Positions 13,204 to 26,599 of a stretch of 64,000 nucleotides of DNA are shown one piece after another. How positions within the stretch are numbered: position 1 is the stretch's first letter; each line of letters opens with the position of its first letter. The position numbers and the translations under genes are program-made. Where the stretch lies: positions 3,867,245 through 3,931,244 of the forward strand of contig NC_068988.1 of the NCBI RefSeq assembly GCF_001194135.2, in the 5' to 3' direction. The DNA comes from Octopus bimaculoides (Eukaryota). The notes beneath the pieces are model-generated. The model made no database searches. It was not told the DNA's origin and saw only the letters and a program-made list of their open reading frames with translations.

Positions 13204-13633
13204 TTATACAGTTCTATATTTAAGAGATGAGGAATTATGTACATTATTTACATTTGACGGATATTTGTCCTCATCTTGTTTGTTGTTAACACAACGTTTT
13301 GGCTGATATACCTTCCAGCCTTCATCGGCGTTAGGAAGGGCATCCAGCTGTAGAAACTCTGCCAAATTTAGATTGGAGCCTGGTGTTGCCATCCGGTTTC
13401 ACCAGTCCTCAGTCAAGTCGTCCAACCCATGCTAGCATGGAAAGCGGACGTTAAACGATGATGATGATGATGATGTTCTCATTCTTAAGGTATTTTTCGA
13501 TGTTATTGTTATTATTATTATTATTATTCAGGTCACTGCCTGGAATTGAACTCGGAATCTTGGGGTTAGTAGCCTGCACTCTTAACCACTATGCCATATG
13601 CCTGTGGGCATATGGCATAGTGTTTAAGAGTGC
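13204..13633 (-). mobile_element. tRNA-headed, hammerhead-bearing element (HHR-SINE), interrupted copy
   Basis: Reverse complement aligns with 59203-59493 apart from a nested insert; 5' fold-back at 13576-13633. Confidence 0.85.
13327..13475 (+). mobile_element. SINE family C 3' fragment nested in the HHR-SINE
   Basis: ggcgttaggaagggcatccagc...ttaaacg(atg)n, same as 20990-21139. Confidence 0.85.
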
Positions 13634-13920
13634 CACAAGGGTCGATTCATATGAAAAAGTAAGTGAACAAAATAATATGACAACTTGTTTATTTGGAAAT
13701 TTGTAAGTTCGAGTTAGAAATATTTTTTCTTTTTTTAAAGATAATCAAACCAAATGTTTATTATTTCCAGCTACTCATCCAATGAGTATTTCTGCCAAAT
13801 TTGGTGAAAATCCATTCAGCCATTTTCCAGTAATTTTACAAACACACAAACAGAGACAAGGACGAGTGATTACAATATCCTGCTTTCACTTATATGTGTA
13901 GGGTAATAATAATGATAATA

Positions 13921-14232
13921 ACAAAGACCTGGAAATGGAAGTAACCCGAATGTGGAGCCTAAAAACAAAAACATTCCCTATAACAATAAGTGCCTTAGGT
14001 ATGATAAAAAAAAAACATTGAGACAAATGCATAACAAAAACACCTGGACTAACAACTATATATAACATACAGACAATAGCACAACTGGGCACTGCACACA
14101 TACTACATAAAGCACTTTCACTATACGAGTATCACAACAAACCACAGCATATAGCCAAGGTACACAGAGCTGTGCTCGGTAGTGCTGAAAAAGCATGTGA
14201 TGCAATAAGACTACTAAATAATAACAATAATT
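13921..14232 (+). mobile_element. R4/Dong-type (RLE) non-LTR retrotransposon 3' end
   Basis: KDLEMEVTRMWSLKTKTFPITISALGMIKK..*..TPG...IQTIAQLGTAHILHKALS matches the RLE C-terminal consensus; followed by a short 3' UTR and a TAA-rich tail. Confidence 0.8.
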
Positions 14233-14264
14233 CTTTAGAAGATCCATCTACCACAGTAGAATTG

Positions 14265-14498
14265 ACACCAGTGCTGGTTCCACATAAGAAGCATTCATTC
14301 TGGTGTTGGTTCCACATACAAAGCACCCAGTACACTCTGTGGAGTTGGTTGGCATTAAGAAGATCATCCAGCCATTGAAAGCATGCCAGAATAGACAATG
14401 GAGCCTGATGTGAACTCTGGCCTTACCAGCTCTAGTCAAACTGTCCAACCCAGCATAGAAAACAGATACTAAATAATGATGCTGGTGATGGTGATGAT
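14265..14498 (+). mobile_element. SINE family C, degenerate
   Basis: Similar to 20900-21139. Confidence 0.7.
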
Positions 14499-14504
14499 GA
14501 ATTC

Positions 14505-14690
14505 TTTCTACAGTTGGCACAAGGCTTGAAATTTTGAGGGGAGGGGAAGTCGATTACATCACCTCCAGTAATTGACTGATACTTATTTTATCAATCCCAA
14601 ATGGATGAAAGGCAAAGTCGATCTTAGCAGGACTTGGGTCCAGAATATAAACAGCCAGAAAAATTGATATTAAGTATTTCTTCTACAAAT
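14505..14690 (-). mobile_element. SINE family B
   Basis: Reverse-complement match to 28700-28870. Confidence 0.65.
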
Positions 14691-14796
14691 GTTGAATTTT
14701 TAAACTTGTTTGACTCTTAACCTATCCATGGATGTGAGCATTTGTTTGTGTCTGTCTAATGAATGGAGTCCATGCATCTAGGAATTATATCTAGGT

Positions 14797-14831
<35 letters not shown>

Positions 14832-14837
14832 CACACA

Positions 14838-14878
<41 letters not shown>

Positions 14879-15269
14879 CAATACACATGCAACCATTTAT
14901 GAATGTCTATGTAATTATATCTGACATATGTGATTAAACAGAGACATGTACAAAAGATACATCTTCGAATCTATTTCACTTGATATGGCTTGGGGGGAAA
15001 GAATCTTGAATGTCACATCTCCTGCTTTCACATGAAACCAATTGCACTATAACACCAGTGAAGAGTAGCAAAGATTTTAAATAGATCAGCAAAAATGGTG
15101 GAATTTCAGGACTGAATTTATTTCACCTGTGTGTTAAGTATGTGAGTAGTTTATCAGTTTATATAACATATACACACACAAATATCAGTTCATATACACA
15201 ACATAAATACGTCTCAATAAATGCTGCCATGTAATGCCTACAGGAAAATCTTTCTTTCTCATCCCCGAC

Positions 15270-15369
15270 CTACCACCACCACCACCACCACCACCACCAC
15301 CACTACTACTACTACTACTACCATTTCATTGCTAACATAGCCAGTTGCCAGCACCAGTGCTACAATAAT

Positions 15370-15414
<45 letters not shown>

Positions 15415-15462
15415 CACTACTACTACTACTACTACCACTACTACTACTACTACTAGTGGTAG
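15270..15462. repeat. Compound trinucleotide repeat (CAC)n/(TAC)n
   Basis: Read directly; explains the poly-V ORF. Confidence 0.95.
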
Positions 15463-17619
15463 TAGTTCTGCTATTGCACCTAACTGCACCACTGCTCATC
15501 TATTTCCATTGTCTTCCTGTAAGAGAAAATAACTAAAGAAATGTTGAACATCACAGTCAATCTTTAACTAATAATTACTGCTCAGAAAGGATAACAGAAT
15601 AAACAAATAAAATAATAAATATTCAAGCAACAAATAAATAACTACAGAGCTAAACAAACAACTGCATCAAAAAAATATTTCAGTGTTCATGGTTGATATA
15701 TGCCTTTTACGGATTTCATCTGACTTGGATCCAAGATAAAAGCAGAAGAGAGCTAAGAAACACACAAAAAAACAAAAGAAAGGAAAATGAGAACAAATAA
15801 AAAGAAGACAGAACCAACAACAACAACATCAAGAAGCGTAACAAAGAATAACAAGTAAAGAGACAACAATAAGAATTCAGATGAAAGTAAAGCAACAAGA
15901 AAACCAAAAACAATAAACTAATAAAAAAATTATTACCTTCCTTGCACAAAGAAAGAATGATAAAGCAAAAATCTATTTGTAAAATTGAATCATTATTGCA
16001 TTGCATTTCTAGTCTAAACTGACAATTGGAATTTAGCAGTGCAGAGAACTTCACTGCTTCTAGTGGCATCCAAAGATTTTTTAAATATTACTAGAACCAA
16101 GGATTCTGGTGACATCTAGTTAAAGAGATTCTACCACTGAAGCCATGAATGAGGTGATTTAAAGATGTGAAAGGAATACAGTATTGTCCCAAAATCTTTT
16201 AATTCTGCTGAGAAATATGTTGGTATTGATAAGACAGTCATGATTATTTGAGTATCATTTGAAGGTATTTCTCAAGTCTTGTTACAAAAGAATAACAAAA
16301 TATTACAAGCAAAGAAAATATTTTGTTTTCAAGAACTACCACTAGTTACTGGTATGCTACTAACACAACTAGTTTGTTTGTTGCTGATTACAAGAGATAG
16401 CTTATTAAACTCAAATACTGATCTTTGTATTGGAAGGTAATTCCTGTTTTCTACAACTTATTGATGCCACAAGCAACACTCAGGAAAACTCTGCTATTTC
16501 AATAAAGTGATGTAACCAAACATTGTTATAACAACAACAGCAGCAGCATCAGCAGCAGCAGTAGCAGTCCCTGTAGCAAGTACAAGAATATCGACTGTGG
16601 TGGTGGTGGTGGCAGCAGCGGTTGTGGTGCAAAAACAAAAACAAGAGAAATCAGAATGAAGAGAAATAACAGCAACTGTAATTACGGTGGCTGCAACAAC
16701 AATAACAACTAATCTAACATGTGTGGTAAACTCTACTTTTACTTTACTGGTTTCTGTCAGGGGCTAAGGCCATGCTGGAGCACTGTCCTTATATACAACA
16801 GTACATACAAGCTAAATATATTTCAAAGAATCTCAGATTTTTCTGTATTAAAATCTCACCAATGTCAACTTTGCCTTCCATCCCTCTGAGTTGATAAAGT
16901 AGGTACCAGGTATATACTTGGGACTGATCATTATCATCAACATAACCATCACCACCACCATCCTCATATCATCATCATCGTTGTTGCTGCCATCATCACC
17001 GTTTCACCACAAACCTATATAATGTAGAAATATCTATTTACATCGAAGCCCTTCAGCTATGAAGTTACGATTGAGATGTAAACATCCTAATGTTCCTCTT
17101 AAGTAAACAGAGAAAATAACTGGATATTTTCTACCAGACTTGTTCTGGAGGTTGTCACTTCCTATTCAGAGAAACTGCATCCTTTATTTTGCAGTTAGAT
17201 ATTAATACACTGCACATCTCAGATATGAATTTTAAGCTGTGTTCAACAAAAACTATGTTGCTTAATTATATATACTATTAATGTATTACATGAAGATTTA
17301 TGTTACTTCTTTTCAGATACTCAGGTAGGTTGACAAACAGACAGAGTGATATGAATTATCATTCCCCTGGGTAACTGAGAAATAAAGAGTGCATTTTCTC
17401 TGAAGAGATGGCAATATGTACTGAAACAGAATTGTAATAAGGTTCCCTGTTAATTTTTTGGCTCAGAGTAGAACATTAGATTACTTACACTTCTTTTCTA
17501 CTTTCACAATTGTAAGGCTTTCAAGTAAATAATTAGAGATATTTCTTTTTTATACATTTCAGATATGATTTAGAGTGTGGTCATCATCATCATCATCATC
17601 ATTACAATTGTTACTAAGA

Positions 17620-17723
17620 TGCAAAGCTGGCAGAGTCACTTGTGCCTCAGACAAAATGTGACATTCCTTCTAGCTTTTTACATTCTGAGTTCAAATTCTG
17701 CCAAGGTTGATTTTGCCTTTTAT
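17620..17723 (+). mobile_element. SINE family B, truncated by a gap
   Basis: tacattctgagttcaaattctgccaaggttgattttgccttt motif. Confidence 0.7.
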
Positions 17724-17878
17724 NNNNNNNNNNNNNNNNNNNNNNNNNNNNNNNNNNNNNNNNNNNNNNNNNNNNNNNNNNNNNNNNNNNNNNNNNNNNN
17801 NNNNNNNNNNNNNNNNNNNNNNNNNNNNNNNNNNNNNNNNNNNNNNNNNNNNNNNNNNNNNNNNNNNNNNNNNNNNNN
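17724..17878. other. Assembly gap
   Basis: N run. Confidence 1.
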
Positions 17879-17989
17879 ATACAAGTTGAAGACTGGAAAT
17901 GATTTAATTGATCAATGTCCACCAAGTTGTTGGCCCTGGGCCAAAATTCGAAATAATAATATTATTATTTGGGGCTGAATAACATTATT

Positions 17990-18245
17990 ATTATTATTAT
18001 TATCATTATTATTATTATTATTATTATTGAGTGAGAGAGCAGTGCGTGTCATCAAAGTGACACTGGGGTACAAATATGCGAAGCCCAATATACGCATCAT
18101 GATCACTCATCTAATAATGAAACACCACGCACATGCATCACAACCATATGTGCATGACATGGTGATCTCATATCAGGATAAACGGTACATGGCTTTGTAG
18201 GTGGGGCCGAGTTAGAATTTTTGGGGGGTTGAATAGCTCATCCTG
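17990..18245 (-). mobile_element. Unclassified retroposon-like repeat with a (TAA)n tail
   Basis: GC-richer block abutting a long (TAA)n tract. Repeat status is from recall only; one copy in the window. Confidence 0.4.
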
Positions 18246-19524
18246 CTCATCCTGCTCATCATCATCATCATCATCAACATTACACTAAACGTGATTGATA
18301 CTCCCATCTCCTTTCCTGAAGATTCTACAGTTGCTTCCTGACTGAGTTTTGTTAATCTTTGCTTTTACCAGACTTATTCTAAGAGCTTGTTCCTGAGTTG
18401 TTATAATCACCGTTTCTCATTCTTCTCTCAAGTTAGTTTTCTATCAGCAGGCTTCAGGTTTCACTAACAAATCTTCAGTTAGTTGCATGACTTGTCCATG
18501 CAGTTTCAGTCCTTGTTTTGAGTGGCTCTGGCTGCCAAAAGCATTCTTCCTTTTCTCTGTACAACATAATCTTTCAGACCCAGTATCATAGAACCAACAG
18601 TGTCTTCCACGTTTTGTATTTGTATTCCTCCATCACCTTCCTTTCGTGGCGGATAGAATTAATCAACATTACTTTTAGGATGGAGTGTGTTGTGCACTGT
18701 TGGCAGTTTTCTGGTTCTTCTTTCCAAGTTCTAGAGCTTGATCTTTGTCCATTTTAGAAAGAGAGTAGAGTATCTCAATAATGGCATTGCCCATTATCAT
18801 CGTCAGCATCATCATTATTCAAAGAAATACAAGAGTGAAGATAAGTCAGAATGACATAGATTCATGGCTAAGTATCCCATTTGTATCCCAGAATAGGTGA
18901 GTAGTTAAAAAAAACAACAAATCCAAATTTTCTGAACAACAGCAGTCAAAAATCTGGTGATGGCAAGAGAAATCCCTTTATGCTCAGTTATAAGAAATAG
19001 ATGAGCAAACAGCTACATACCTTAACAAGCATCAACCAGTAGTACCACACCATCTTTGTGTGATGGGGAAGAAATAACAGTTGCTAATAGAAACCTATAA
19101 ATGGTTAGAGAAAACATGACCACAAAAAGAGATGACTCAAAGTGAAACAAAAGAAAAAAATGGGGGAGTTTGAACAATTGAAAAAGAACAATAATAAAAT
19201 AATGAAGAGAATAGAAGGGACAAGAAAGGAACTTAGGAATCCTTGTCCTTTGAGCAAGCAATTAATGTACAAAATTATGCATCTATGGTGCCATGAATTT
19301 TCTAAAAGTTTCAGGATGACACAAAATAATTAGATCCAGATTATAAGCAACATGTAAAAGATAAGCTAAAACTTTACAATACACTTAAGAAAAACATATC
19401 CAGAAGATGCTGGTGTTTTTCAACATGAAATGTTTTTCTAGTGTATTAGATTGTAGTACCTGTAGTCAGTTCAAAAGTGGTTAATAAGGTCCATGTAGTG
19501 TCCTCTATCAACCTTTTTACCTCA

Positions 19525-19700
19525 CTAAGGTGAGCTGGTAGAGCTGTTGGCCCATTGGACAAGATGTTTACTAGCATTTTGTCTACTTTTACATTGTGAG
19601 TTCAAATTCCACCAAGGTTGACTTTACCTATCATCCTTTTGGGGTCAATGAGTACTGGGTTTGATGCAACCCACTAGATCCACTTTCCCAAAATTGCAGG
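19525..19700 (+). mobile_element. SINE family B
   Basis: ggtgagctggtagag...gagttcaaattccaccaaggttgac...ggggtcaat. Confidence 0.7.
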
Positions 19701-19940
19701 TTACGATTATTGCTTCTAATTCTAACTTGTATGACTTATTGTGGTTATTATCATATTGTTGTTTGCTATGTATATCCACATAATACATCCAATCATATTA
19801 TGTATAACATCTCTCAACCCTTGCCTTTCTTACTTGTATATTTGTCTTTCACACTACACCAATTTTCTTTGTAAACCCTAAAGAAAGTTTCATATTATTA
19901 TACCTCTTCTAAGCCCTTGTGGCTAATAAAAGAAAGATTA

Positions 19941-19979
<39 letters not shown>

Positions 19980-20191
19980 TGGGCGATAGAATTTATTTCT
20001 ATCAAATATTATGGAATACAATTATTATTGTCACTATAATGGTCATATAATTAAAAATATTATTATTATCAATTTTTCACAACTTTTATGGAAAGGTGCA
20101 ATTATTTCTAGGGGATTATTTCTGATAACTTATTATTTCTTTATCATTTCCGCAGGAAAGCAAGAAGTATGCACACACATAGACATGCACA

Positions 20192-20242
<51 letters not shown>

Positions 20243-20674
20243 CACACACACACAAACTAAATCAAATGAAAATTATAGAGGGAAATATTCTCAGGAAATC
20301 TCTACAAGCAAATCAAATATAATTATTTCTTTACCAAGCAAAGAGAAAACTTACGGTTTCTCATCAGTTCCATGCATGTGTATTCTTCAAACCTTTGTAT
20401 CTTCATTAGAGAAGAAAGTATTGCTAAGGCAGAATGTTATCAGTGAATTCTTCCCTTCCAGCGAATATTAAATTCTGAATTTCCTTAACCCTTTAACTGC
20501 ATAATTAAATTTCATGGTCATTCTTGTAATGACGTTAATTATTCACAAAAAAGTGCATTTGGTTTTTTTTCTTTTTTTCTGTAAGTCATGTTGCCACGCA
20601 ATAAACATGATACGCCTCAGCAAAAGATAGTTCCAAATATGACATACTTTAAAGAATTATAAATTAATACATGG

Positions 20675-21139
20675 CCAATGACAGTACCGCCTGATTGGCA
20701 CTTGTGCCAGTGGAACGTTAAAAGCACATCCGAGTGTGATCGTTGCCAGGGCCACAGATTGGCCATTAAAAGCACCATTCGAGTGTGATCATTGCCAGCG
20801 TTACCTAACCGGCAAATGTGCCGGTGGCACATGAAAAACGACATTCGAGCATGGTCGTTGCCAGTGCCACTGGACTGGATCCTGTGCAAGTCACACGTAA
20901 AAAACACGTTTTGAGTGTGACCATTGCCAGAACCGCCTGACTGGCTCTCATGCTGGTGGCACGTAAAAGCATCCACTACACTCTCGGAGTGGTTGACGTT
21001 AGGAAGGGCATCCAGCTGTAGAAACTTTGCCAGATCAGATTGGAGTCTGGTGCAGCCTTCTGGCTTGCCAGCCCTCAGTCAAACTGTCCAACCCATGCCA
21101 GCACGAAAAGTGGACGTTAAACGATGATGATGATGATGA
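20675..21139 (+). mobile_element. SINE family C, long copy with internal ~60-65-bp tandem units
   Basis: Repeated aaaagcac..cgagtgtgatc.ttgccag units, then the shared tail ending (GAT)n. Confidence 0.85.
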
Positions 21140-21182
21140 ATGGTAATAAAATTTTGAGTGTATATATGAGTGTATTTGAGAG

Positions 21183-21227
<45 letters not shown>

Positions 21228-21654
21228 ATGTGTGTGTATGTACCAGTTGTCAGGAATGTGTTAATATGTAAAATTGCTGTATCCAGTCGTGTCACACCAC
21301 TAAATTTAGTATGGCTATTTAAGCAATGTGTGTGGAGATGGGTTTGGATGTGGAACTAAAGAAGGAGTAAGAATTCCTGAAATATGCATATACACCCATT
21401 ACCTATTTGTCTATCTTCGGTCGCATTATTTACATGGATATATTCACACACAAAACAGAGCTGGCTCTAATTTCTACAGAAAATCTATCAAGATAGCATT
21501 AGAAAGTGACTGACTTGCATTGCTAACACAGAACTAAGTATTGAGGTATAAGCTTTTAAGATATATTTTGTAGTATATCATGGTTGCATAATAAAATACA
21601 GTGTCCCCACCAGCAATTAATATATATCCGTACACATGATTTATGTATAGAACT

Positions 21655-21880
21655 TTTTGCAGTCAGATTACTTTGTCACATGTAATGCTTATTTATTCCC
21701 ATTGTTTTGAATTAATCAGGCATTATCTTGCTGCTTCAAGATTTTGATGACGTGACTGCTTATTTTTAGATATTGAAAGGTAGGGGTAAAAAAAAAAAAA
21801 AGCAAGATCTGAATGGTTTAAATATAAAACAGGTTGAATATTTGGACTAGATATGGTTGGTTTAAATGCTGAAGAATTTC
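21655..21880. mobile_element. Degenerate MITE-like repeat
   Basis: Ends gatatggttggtttaaatgctgaag, like a decayed TTAA-MITE terminus. Family assignment is from recall. Confidence 0.4.
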
Positions 21881-22841
21881 AAAGACTCAAGTAATCAATT
21901 ATCTGATAGCAGCAGTAAGAGACATGAGTGAACGCCAACAATAATTTGATAGTTATCATTGTGTGAAACTGCCGATATCATGAGACAACTGTACTTGAGA
22001 AACATCAAACTGTCACTCAATCACATAGTAATCAACAGCCACACTCTCAGGGAATTTCTTAACCCTTGGAACTTGAGAGTATGCTTTTAGTGAGTACAGT
22101 TTCATCCCTGGAAGATATGAAAGATTTAAACCAACCACATCTACATTTGTGTTTCTGCTAATATATTGAGCATGTTGCTCTCTGCTTTTGCATTCCTCAG
22201 GAATATAGACAAACAAAATTGTACCTGATGAAGTGTGCTTGCATATTTAAACGTTTAGAATATTTTGTAATTATTGGGTGTTAAGAAATTTACTTCACAA
22301 ATACAGGATTCCATGGTCAGTCTCCCTGAGGATGTACCTTGTTATAGTCTCAGGGTGGCCATTATCTTGTGAGTAGAATTTGGTTGACAAAAACATATAT
22401 GTATGATGTATGCATGTATGGCGTATGCATGTAAAACCAGAGTCCAAGTAAACCTATATTGGCAAAAACTTCACAGTGAAATTCACAGGAAAAATTTGAC
22501 ATTTCAGAAATAACATTATATTTGAAAAAAACCTGAAAATGTTCGACTTTATGTCTCTAAGATCTTCATCGTCATCATCATCATCATCACTTTCCCATGT
22601 TTGCATGGGTCAATCAGAAATGTTAATTGAAAACTTCCTGTGGCCAGACAGTGTTCTTGTCATCAGCTTCAGCCAGGTAATATTTCTCCATGACAGAACA
22701 TTTTCACAAAAGATTAGAAATGAATAACAGCATGTGTAAGATGATGACTCTCATTTACTATTGTTACAGATGTTAAAATAGTGACATAAACTCCTACACA
22801 TACACATTGTCCATTTTATTGACGATAAGCATTAACTATAG

Positions 22842-22955
22842 AGCACCTACAAAGGAACCATCTCTCAGATTGGGCAGCCAATAACTAGTGAGGCAGTATC
22901 ATCAACAACAGCTACAAATCCGAAGGAAGTAAAGAAAAAGAAGGCATCTGCACAG
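22842..22955 (+). CDS. Candidate exon (phase 0-0), STYKGTISQIGQPITSEAVSSTTATNPKEVKKKKASAQ
   Basis: ttaactatag acceptor (weak pyrimidine tract), CAG|gtatga donor, 114 nt open; no homology recognised. Confidence 0.35.
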
Positions 22956-24455
22956 GTATGAAACTGATGGATGAATTCGTGAAAGGAACTGAAAGAGTTA
23001 GGATGAGATCTAGTTTGGATTTCTGTCGAGTTGAATTACCAACGATTTCCTCTTCTTAGGGAGACAATCGCAGGGTAAGGCTTTTTAACAAAAAATAAGC
23101 TTCTGTACCTAACATTTCACAACACTGAGAAAGCTGTTTTGTAATATGTAACCAAATATAAACTATCAGTCTGTGCAAAAATACAGAAAGATCACAGACA
23201 GACAAAAAGGCTTTGCTTGTATTAGAAGCACACGAGTAATTAGCTCTTCTACAAATAAATTCTTTCAAAAGCTCCCTAGAATTTGTTGAAATTTTCCCAT
23301 TTAGCAATAGAAATGAATGTTTCAAAAGTCTAATGAAACATGGGATGGGAATACAAAAAAGTGTGACAGTGTGATAGGGATAAAGTTGGATGTGTAGAAT
23401 TAAAATGCATAAAGGATGGGACACAAATGACTTGAGAAAAAAAACTGTGTATAAAAGAAGAGGGAAGGTTGTGTTGGTGTAAAGGTGAGAGTTAAGAAAT
23501 GTCAGGTGATGCAAGAAGAAAGAAACTACAGAAAATAGAAACCTACGAAGACATAGGCAGAAATGATGAGAACTGATGTCAATTGGCTGAAATATCAGAA
23601 AGATTATTTCAAAAGAACACAAAAAATGGTGAGACACTCCACTACTGAAGTTCCCTCCAATTGAAAAAAGCATATGGAAATACTACAATAAAATGCTAAT
23701 CTAATATTTTAGTTTTAGGGATAGTGGTGTTGTTCTGCATCTGAGAACCAGTGTATTTTTATTAAGTTTTACAATCTTTACTTCCGTTAGTATGATATCT
23801 GATACAACTTTCATCATTTTTAGTAGTCTATCTTTTAATGTTTTGAGGAATTTAAACTCAGAATAACAGAATAATGAAGCTTCATTCTGTGTTTGTAACT
23901 TCTATATGAAACAAGAATCAAGACTCCATGAGAGCAAATATGATTCAAAGAATTTTGCTAGCATATTGGTTTGAAAGCATTTGAATTATCTCTGTTTCTT
24001 TGATTCTATTTAATGTCTAATGTTTTGTGTTGAGCAGGATATGAAGGAAACCTCTCAATCTCTTCTTTATGGGAAACCATTTAATGCAGCATGACCTGCC
24101 AATATCCCAATTCAAGTGAAATCACATTAAATTTCAATAAATGAATGCCCATAATTTAAACAAAATAACAACAATATCAAGATGACAGTGAAAGCAATAT
24201 TGTCAATAATGATGATTACAGCAACATTGTAGCCAACGATTTTATGCTAAACACACAGAGTAGAACCATAAAAATGTTAACAAGGAAGAAGGTAAATGCC
24301 ATCGAAATGATGATAGATACTTCTCAGTCTGTCTGTCTTTCACTGTCTGTGTAGGTGTGTGTGTGTGTGTGTGTGTGTGCACGTATGCATGCAGGCATAT
24401 ATATATATATATACATATACACACACACACATATATATACACACACACACACACA

Positions 24456-24489
<34 letters not shown>

Positions 24490-24654
24490 TATTTTAGAGG
24501 AAATATTTACTAAATTAAAAAATAAAGTTAAAATTATGAAATCAAACATACATTTTCCACAAAATATTCCATAAAGAATTTTTTTATATTGCATGAATAA
24601 GATTAATCAAAAACACAGCAAAAGTATATACCTGTTGAAGCTAACACTTATATA

Positions 24655-24816
24655 NNNNNNNNNNNNNNNNNNNNNNNNNNNNNNNNNNNNNNNNNNNNNN
24701 NNNNNNNNNNNNNNNNNNNNNNNNNNNNNNNNNNNNNNNNNNNNNNNNNNNNNNNNNNNNNNNNNNNNNNNNNNNNNNNNNNNNNNNNNNNNNNNNNNNN
24801 NNNNNNNNNNNNNNNN
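24655..24816. other. Assembly gap with (TA) edges
   Basis: N run with tata on both sides. Confidence 1.
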
Positions 24817-26599
24817 TATATATGCAGGTATGTATGTATGTATCATATACACATCTATGCAACTGACTACATGAGTGTGTGAACTGTTTTTACTTAATAA
24901 ATGTAATATATAATATTATATACTGCAGATATGTATACAATACATGTATATATCAAGAGAAAGAGAGAGATTTATATCTGTGCGTGTGTGTGTGTGTGTG
25001 TGTGTGGGTGTGTGTGTGTGTGTGTGTGTGTGTGACTGCATATGAGTTTGTATGTATGCATGTCTGAATTGTCACTATGAGTTCTTTAGTAACTCCAATG
25101 ATATACTACAAGAATTGTTAAATAATGGAAGGAAAATAACTAAAAGGCCTTTAAGCACTTATCGTATTGGAAATATAGCAAATGGCACCAACAGACTTTA
25201 TGTCTGTAGAATATTTCTTGAATATGAATAATAATTGCGATTTAATATTGACATTTGTTTGTATTATTTGGGTTTTGTTTGTAATAGACAAAACAATCTT
25301 TTTGGCAGCTGTATAATTGGTTCCATTGCCGAAATGTTCTGAGAATCGTTTGCAGCCAAAGCATTTAATATCAGTCATTATCTCTATGGTTATATTTTAT
25401 TGTTTTACTCTTTTATTGTGTCTTTTCTTTACATTCTATTGCCTTTATGTTCTTCTTTGTTTGCTGTCGCTCAGCTAGGGAGGGATTTAATGGCTGGATA
25501 CATTATATGTTAGCCTAATTACGTACAATTAATATCTCTTGTCATATATTTAATCAGTTTCGAAGCTTACTGAAGCTATGCAGTAATATCTTCTTTAATT
25601 GGTCTGGACATGGACACACAGACGCACACACTTGCACACACATATATATTTGCTTTTAACTGGAGAAAAATCCAGTTCTAAGAAACTGACAACTTTTCAG
25701 TTTGAACCATTCTTCATGTCACTGTCACGTAGTATTTGAGAATAATCTGACAAAAAAAGATAATAACTCCGTAACTAGAGTGGAAACAAAATAAATGCAT
25801 GAAACATCATGACATTGCAGATATGAAAGTAATGTGTGACAAAATGAGAGATTTAGTTTTATCTAGCTGCAATTATTCTTCGTTGTTGTAAGTTTGTTTA
25901 CATAAAGTTTCCAGTCTTTCAGCGATTTATCAAAAACACTTTACTGACCTTCCAGCAGTTCTGGCCAAAAGAATTAGCTTCAATAATAATGTATTTCTTT
26001 AACATGATGATGAAGACCATTATCAGAATTGTTGTTATCATCACCATCATCATCAGCAGCAGCAGAAGCAGCATCATTCTCATCATTGTTCCATTGTTAC
26101 CGTCATCATCACCACCATAGTTATCACTCGCATTGTCGTCATCATCATCATCATCTCACCATTGTTGTTGTTATTGTCATCGTCCTGATCTATTTCATTA
26201 TTTCTTAATCAATGCCGTTAGGCAATAAGGATTAATGCCTCATCTGGAGAACCTTCGGAAGCAATTGCTAATTGTTTATGCCTGTTTGACAAATATCATC
26301 AGTGTATGCGCTGAGTTCACTATTCCCGTTGATATTCTTTATTCTGAGTAGTAACACTTCCATCCATTACCAAGTACAGATATATTACCGGATGAATGAA
26401 TTTGCAGCTATAATTCCTAATGGACCGCCATGTGAGATTGAAGGAAACTGCTTTGGTAAACAAGCAGCATGAATATCATGCAGAGATATAAAATATGGTG
26501 AGCTGGTTCTTTGCTTGGCATTAGAACTAGACCGTTTGTTTACAGAAGTAAACATTTACTGTTAATGTCACTCAACAGTTTGTAATGTCTGTTTGCTTT

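Noticed and set aside
17317-17324. 8-nt microexon (ttttcag|ATACTCAG|gtaggt)
   Set aside because: Good splice signals but frame-shifting length and no other support.
20690-20975. CRISPR-like repeat array
   Set aside because: Units are diverged and contiguous with no unique spacers, lie inside a SINE, and the DNA is eukaryotic.
23056-23673. 205-aa minus-strand ORF
   Set aside because: F/L/S-rich antisense of A-rich sequence, no recognisable motif and no convincing splice boundaries.
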